A stretch of DNA of 64,000 nucleotides from Candidatus Obscuribacteraceae bacterium (GTDB lineage Bacteria; Cyanobacteriota; Vampirovibrionia; Obscuribacterales; Obscuribacteraceae), in the NCBI GenBank assembly GCA_044226015.1, contig JBGAHS010000009.1:357272-421271 (forward strand). The letters run 5' to 3'. A program made the position numbers and the translations under genes. Shown piece by piece: positions 63,209 to 64,000 of this stretch. Position 1 is the stretch's first letter; the number at the start of each line of letters is the position of its first letter. The notes under the pieces were generated by a model that was not told the origin of the DNA, did not search any database, and saw only the letters and a program-made list of their open reading frames with translations.

Positions 63209-64000
63209 CTATGGGGGCGTTGTTTCCAGAGCAGGCGCACTCATTGATTGGGGGTAGGCTGTGATGATGACTGGCGTTCCATCGGTGTCAATCCAAATAT
63301 GGACGTCTACTTGCCAAGAAGGCGCTCCGAGCCTATCGTACCCGATGGGAAGATGTTCAACCTCTCCGTCTGTAATCTTGAGCACACCAACTCCAAATCT
63401 GTAGTGTTCCCACACCGCTTTGTCACCATTAGGACATTTGATATGTTGTACAGTTTTTACCGGGGATCTTTCCAGCCCGCCACCTAAGACTCTGTCCAAT
63501 CTTATCCATGCGTCGTTTGAGAATTTGCTTACATTACGAGGCAAGGAAGTCACGTGACGTTTGTAAATATGTGTAGTTCCTGCCTGCTTGTATCCCACAG
63601 GAAGCCAGAACCGCCTCTTGCCGGCATAAATCCATCGTCCATTCGGATAAGTTGGTGAGTATCCCAGAGGATCCACAAAGGAAATCGGATTATTCCCGGA
63701 ATAACCATACAAATTGAGTCCTGCATCTTCTCCCAACGGATCTCTGCTCAACCAGCGACCGAGGCTTGGATTGTACTGGCGGAACCAGGTCAGTGCGAGA
63801 TTCGTGCGTGAGTGCTGATAGATTCCAGTAAATCCAAAGGCGGGCTTGAAGGTGCCAGAAAGTACAGACCTGTTTCCGTATGGGTCGAATCCAAATGCAG
63901 CTAGCACATTGCCACTACTGTCGGTGACTTCTCGCACTGAACCGAGATGATCGAATGCGTAAAAATAATTCGAACCTGAGGTCGCTTGCCCCAGTCCACA
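63209..64000 (-). CDS. Rhs cassette 4 (5' end outside the window): core plus putative RNase CT
   Basis: YNPSLGRWLSRDPLGE...VDPLG; CT with GTTHIYKRH...SKF...IITAYP. Confidence 0.85.
   Translation of the reverse strand, partial: CGLGQATSGSNYFYAFDHLGSVREVTDSSGNVLAAFGFDPYGNRSVLSGTFKPAFGFTGIYQHSRTNLALTWFRQYNPSLGRWLSRDPLGEDAGLNLYGYSGNNPISFVDPLGYSPTYPNGRWIYAGKRRFWLPVGYKQAGTTHIYKRHVTSLPRNVSKFSNDAWIRLDRVLGGGLERSPVKTVQHIKCPNGDKAVWEHYRFGVGVLKITDGEVEHLPIGYDRLGAPSWQVDVHIWIDTDGTPVIITAYPQSMSAPALETTPP

Overview
Bacterial chromosomal window, probably from a non-photosynthetic cyanobacterial relative (Melainabacteria/Vampirovibrionia, Obscuribacter-like). This is inferred from the 16S sequence and the kinase-TM-TPR gene expansion and was not database-checked. 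Bases 1-51.6 kb are mostly core genes: asnS, an O-methyltransferase, sdaA, ugd/uxs, mazG, dapF, rsmH-ftsL-ftsI-murJ, a 5'-nucleotidase, a TolC/multicopper oxidase pair, a GH5 glycosidase with a (TP)56 linker and three Ser/Thr kinases. Bases ~52-64 kb are an accessory array of four orphan Rhs core + toxin + immunity cassettes, interrupted by a complete IS66 and an IS3 remnant. The most notable observations are: (1) an unannotated tandem-hairpin RNA at 15.35-15.5 kb with compensatory base changes and CCUCC anti-SD-like loops; (2) a stand-alone 16S rRNA gene with its own promoter, processing stalk and terminator and no tRNA or 23S; (3) Rhs cassettes whose homology starts at the same nucleotide, including a colicin E3-like 16S rRNase split by IS66; (4) two secreted-protein genes whose signal peptides overlap head-to-head; (5) a kinase/pseudokinase pair; (6) a MinD/CpaE-like pseudo-ATPase with an inserted membrane hairpin; (7) a candidate 6S-like RNA at the island border.
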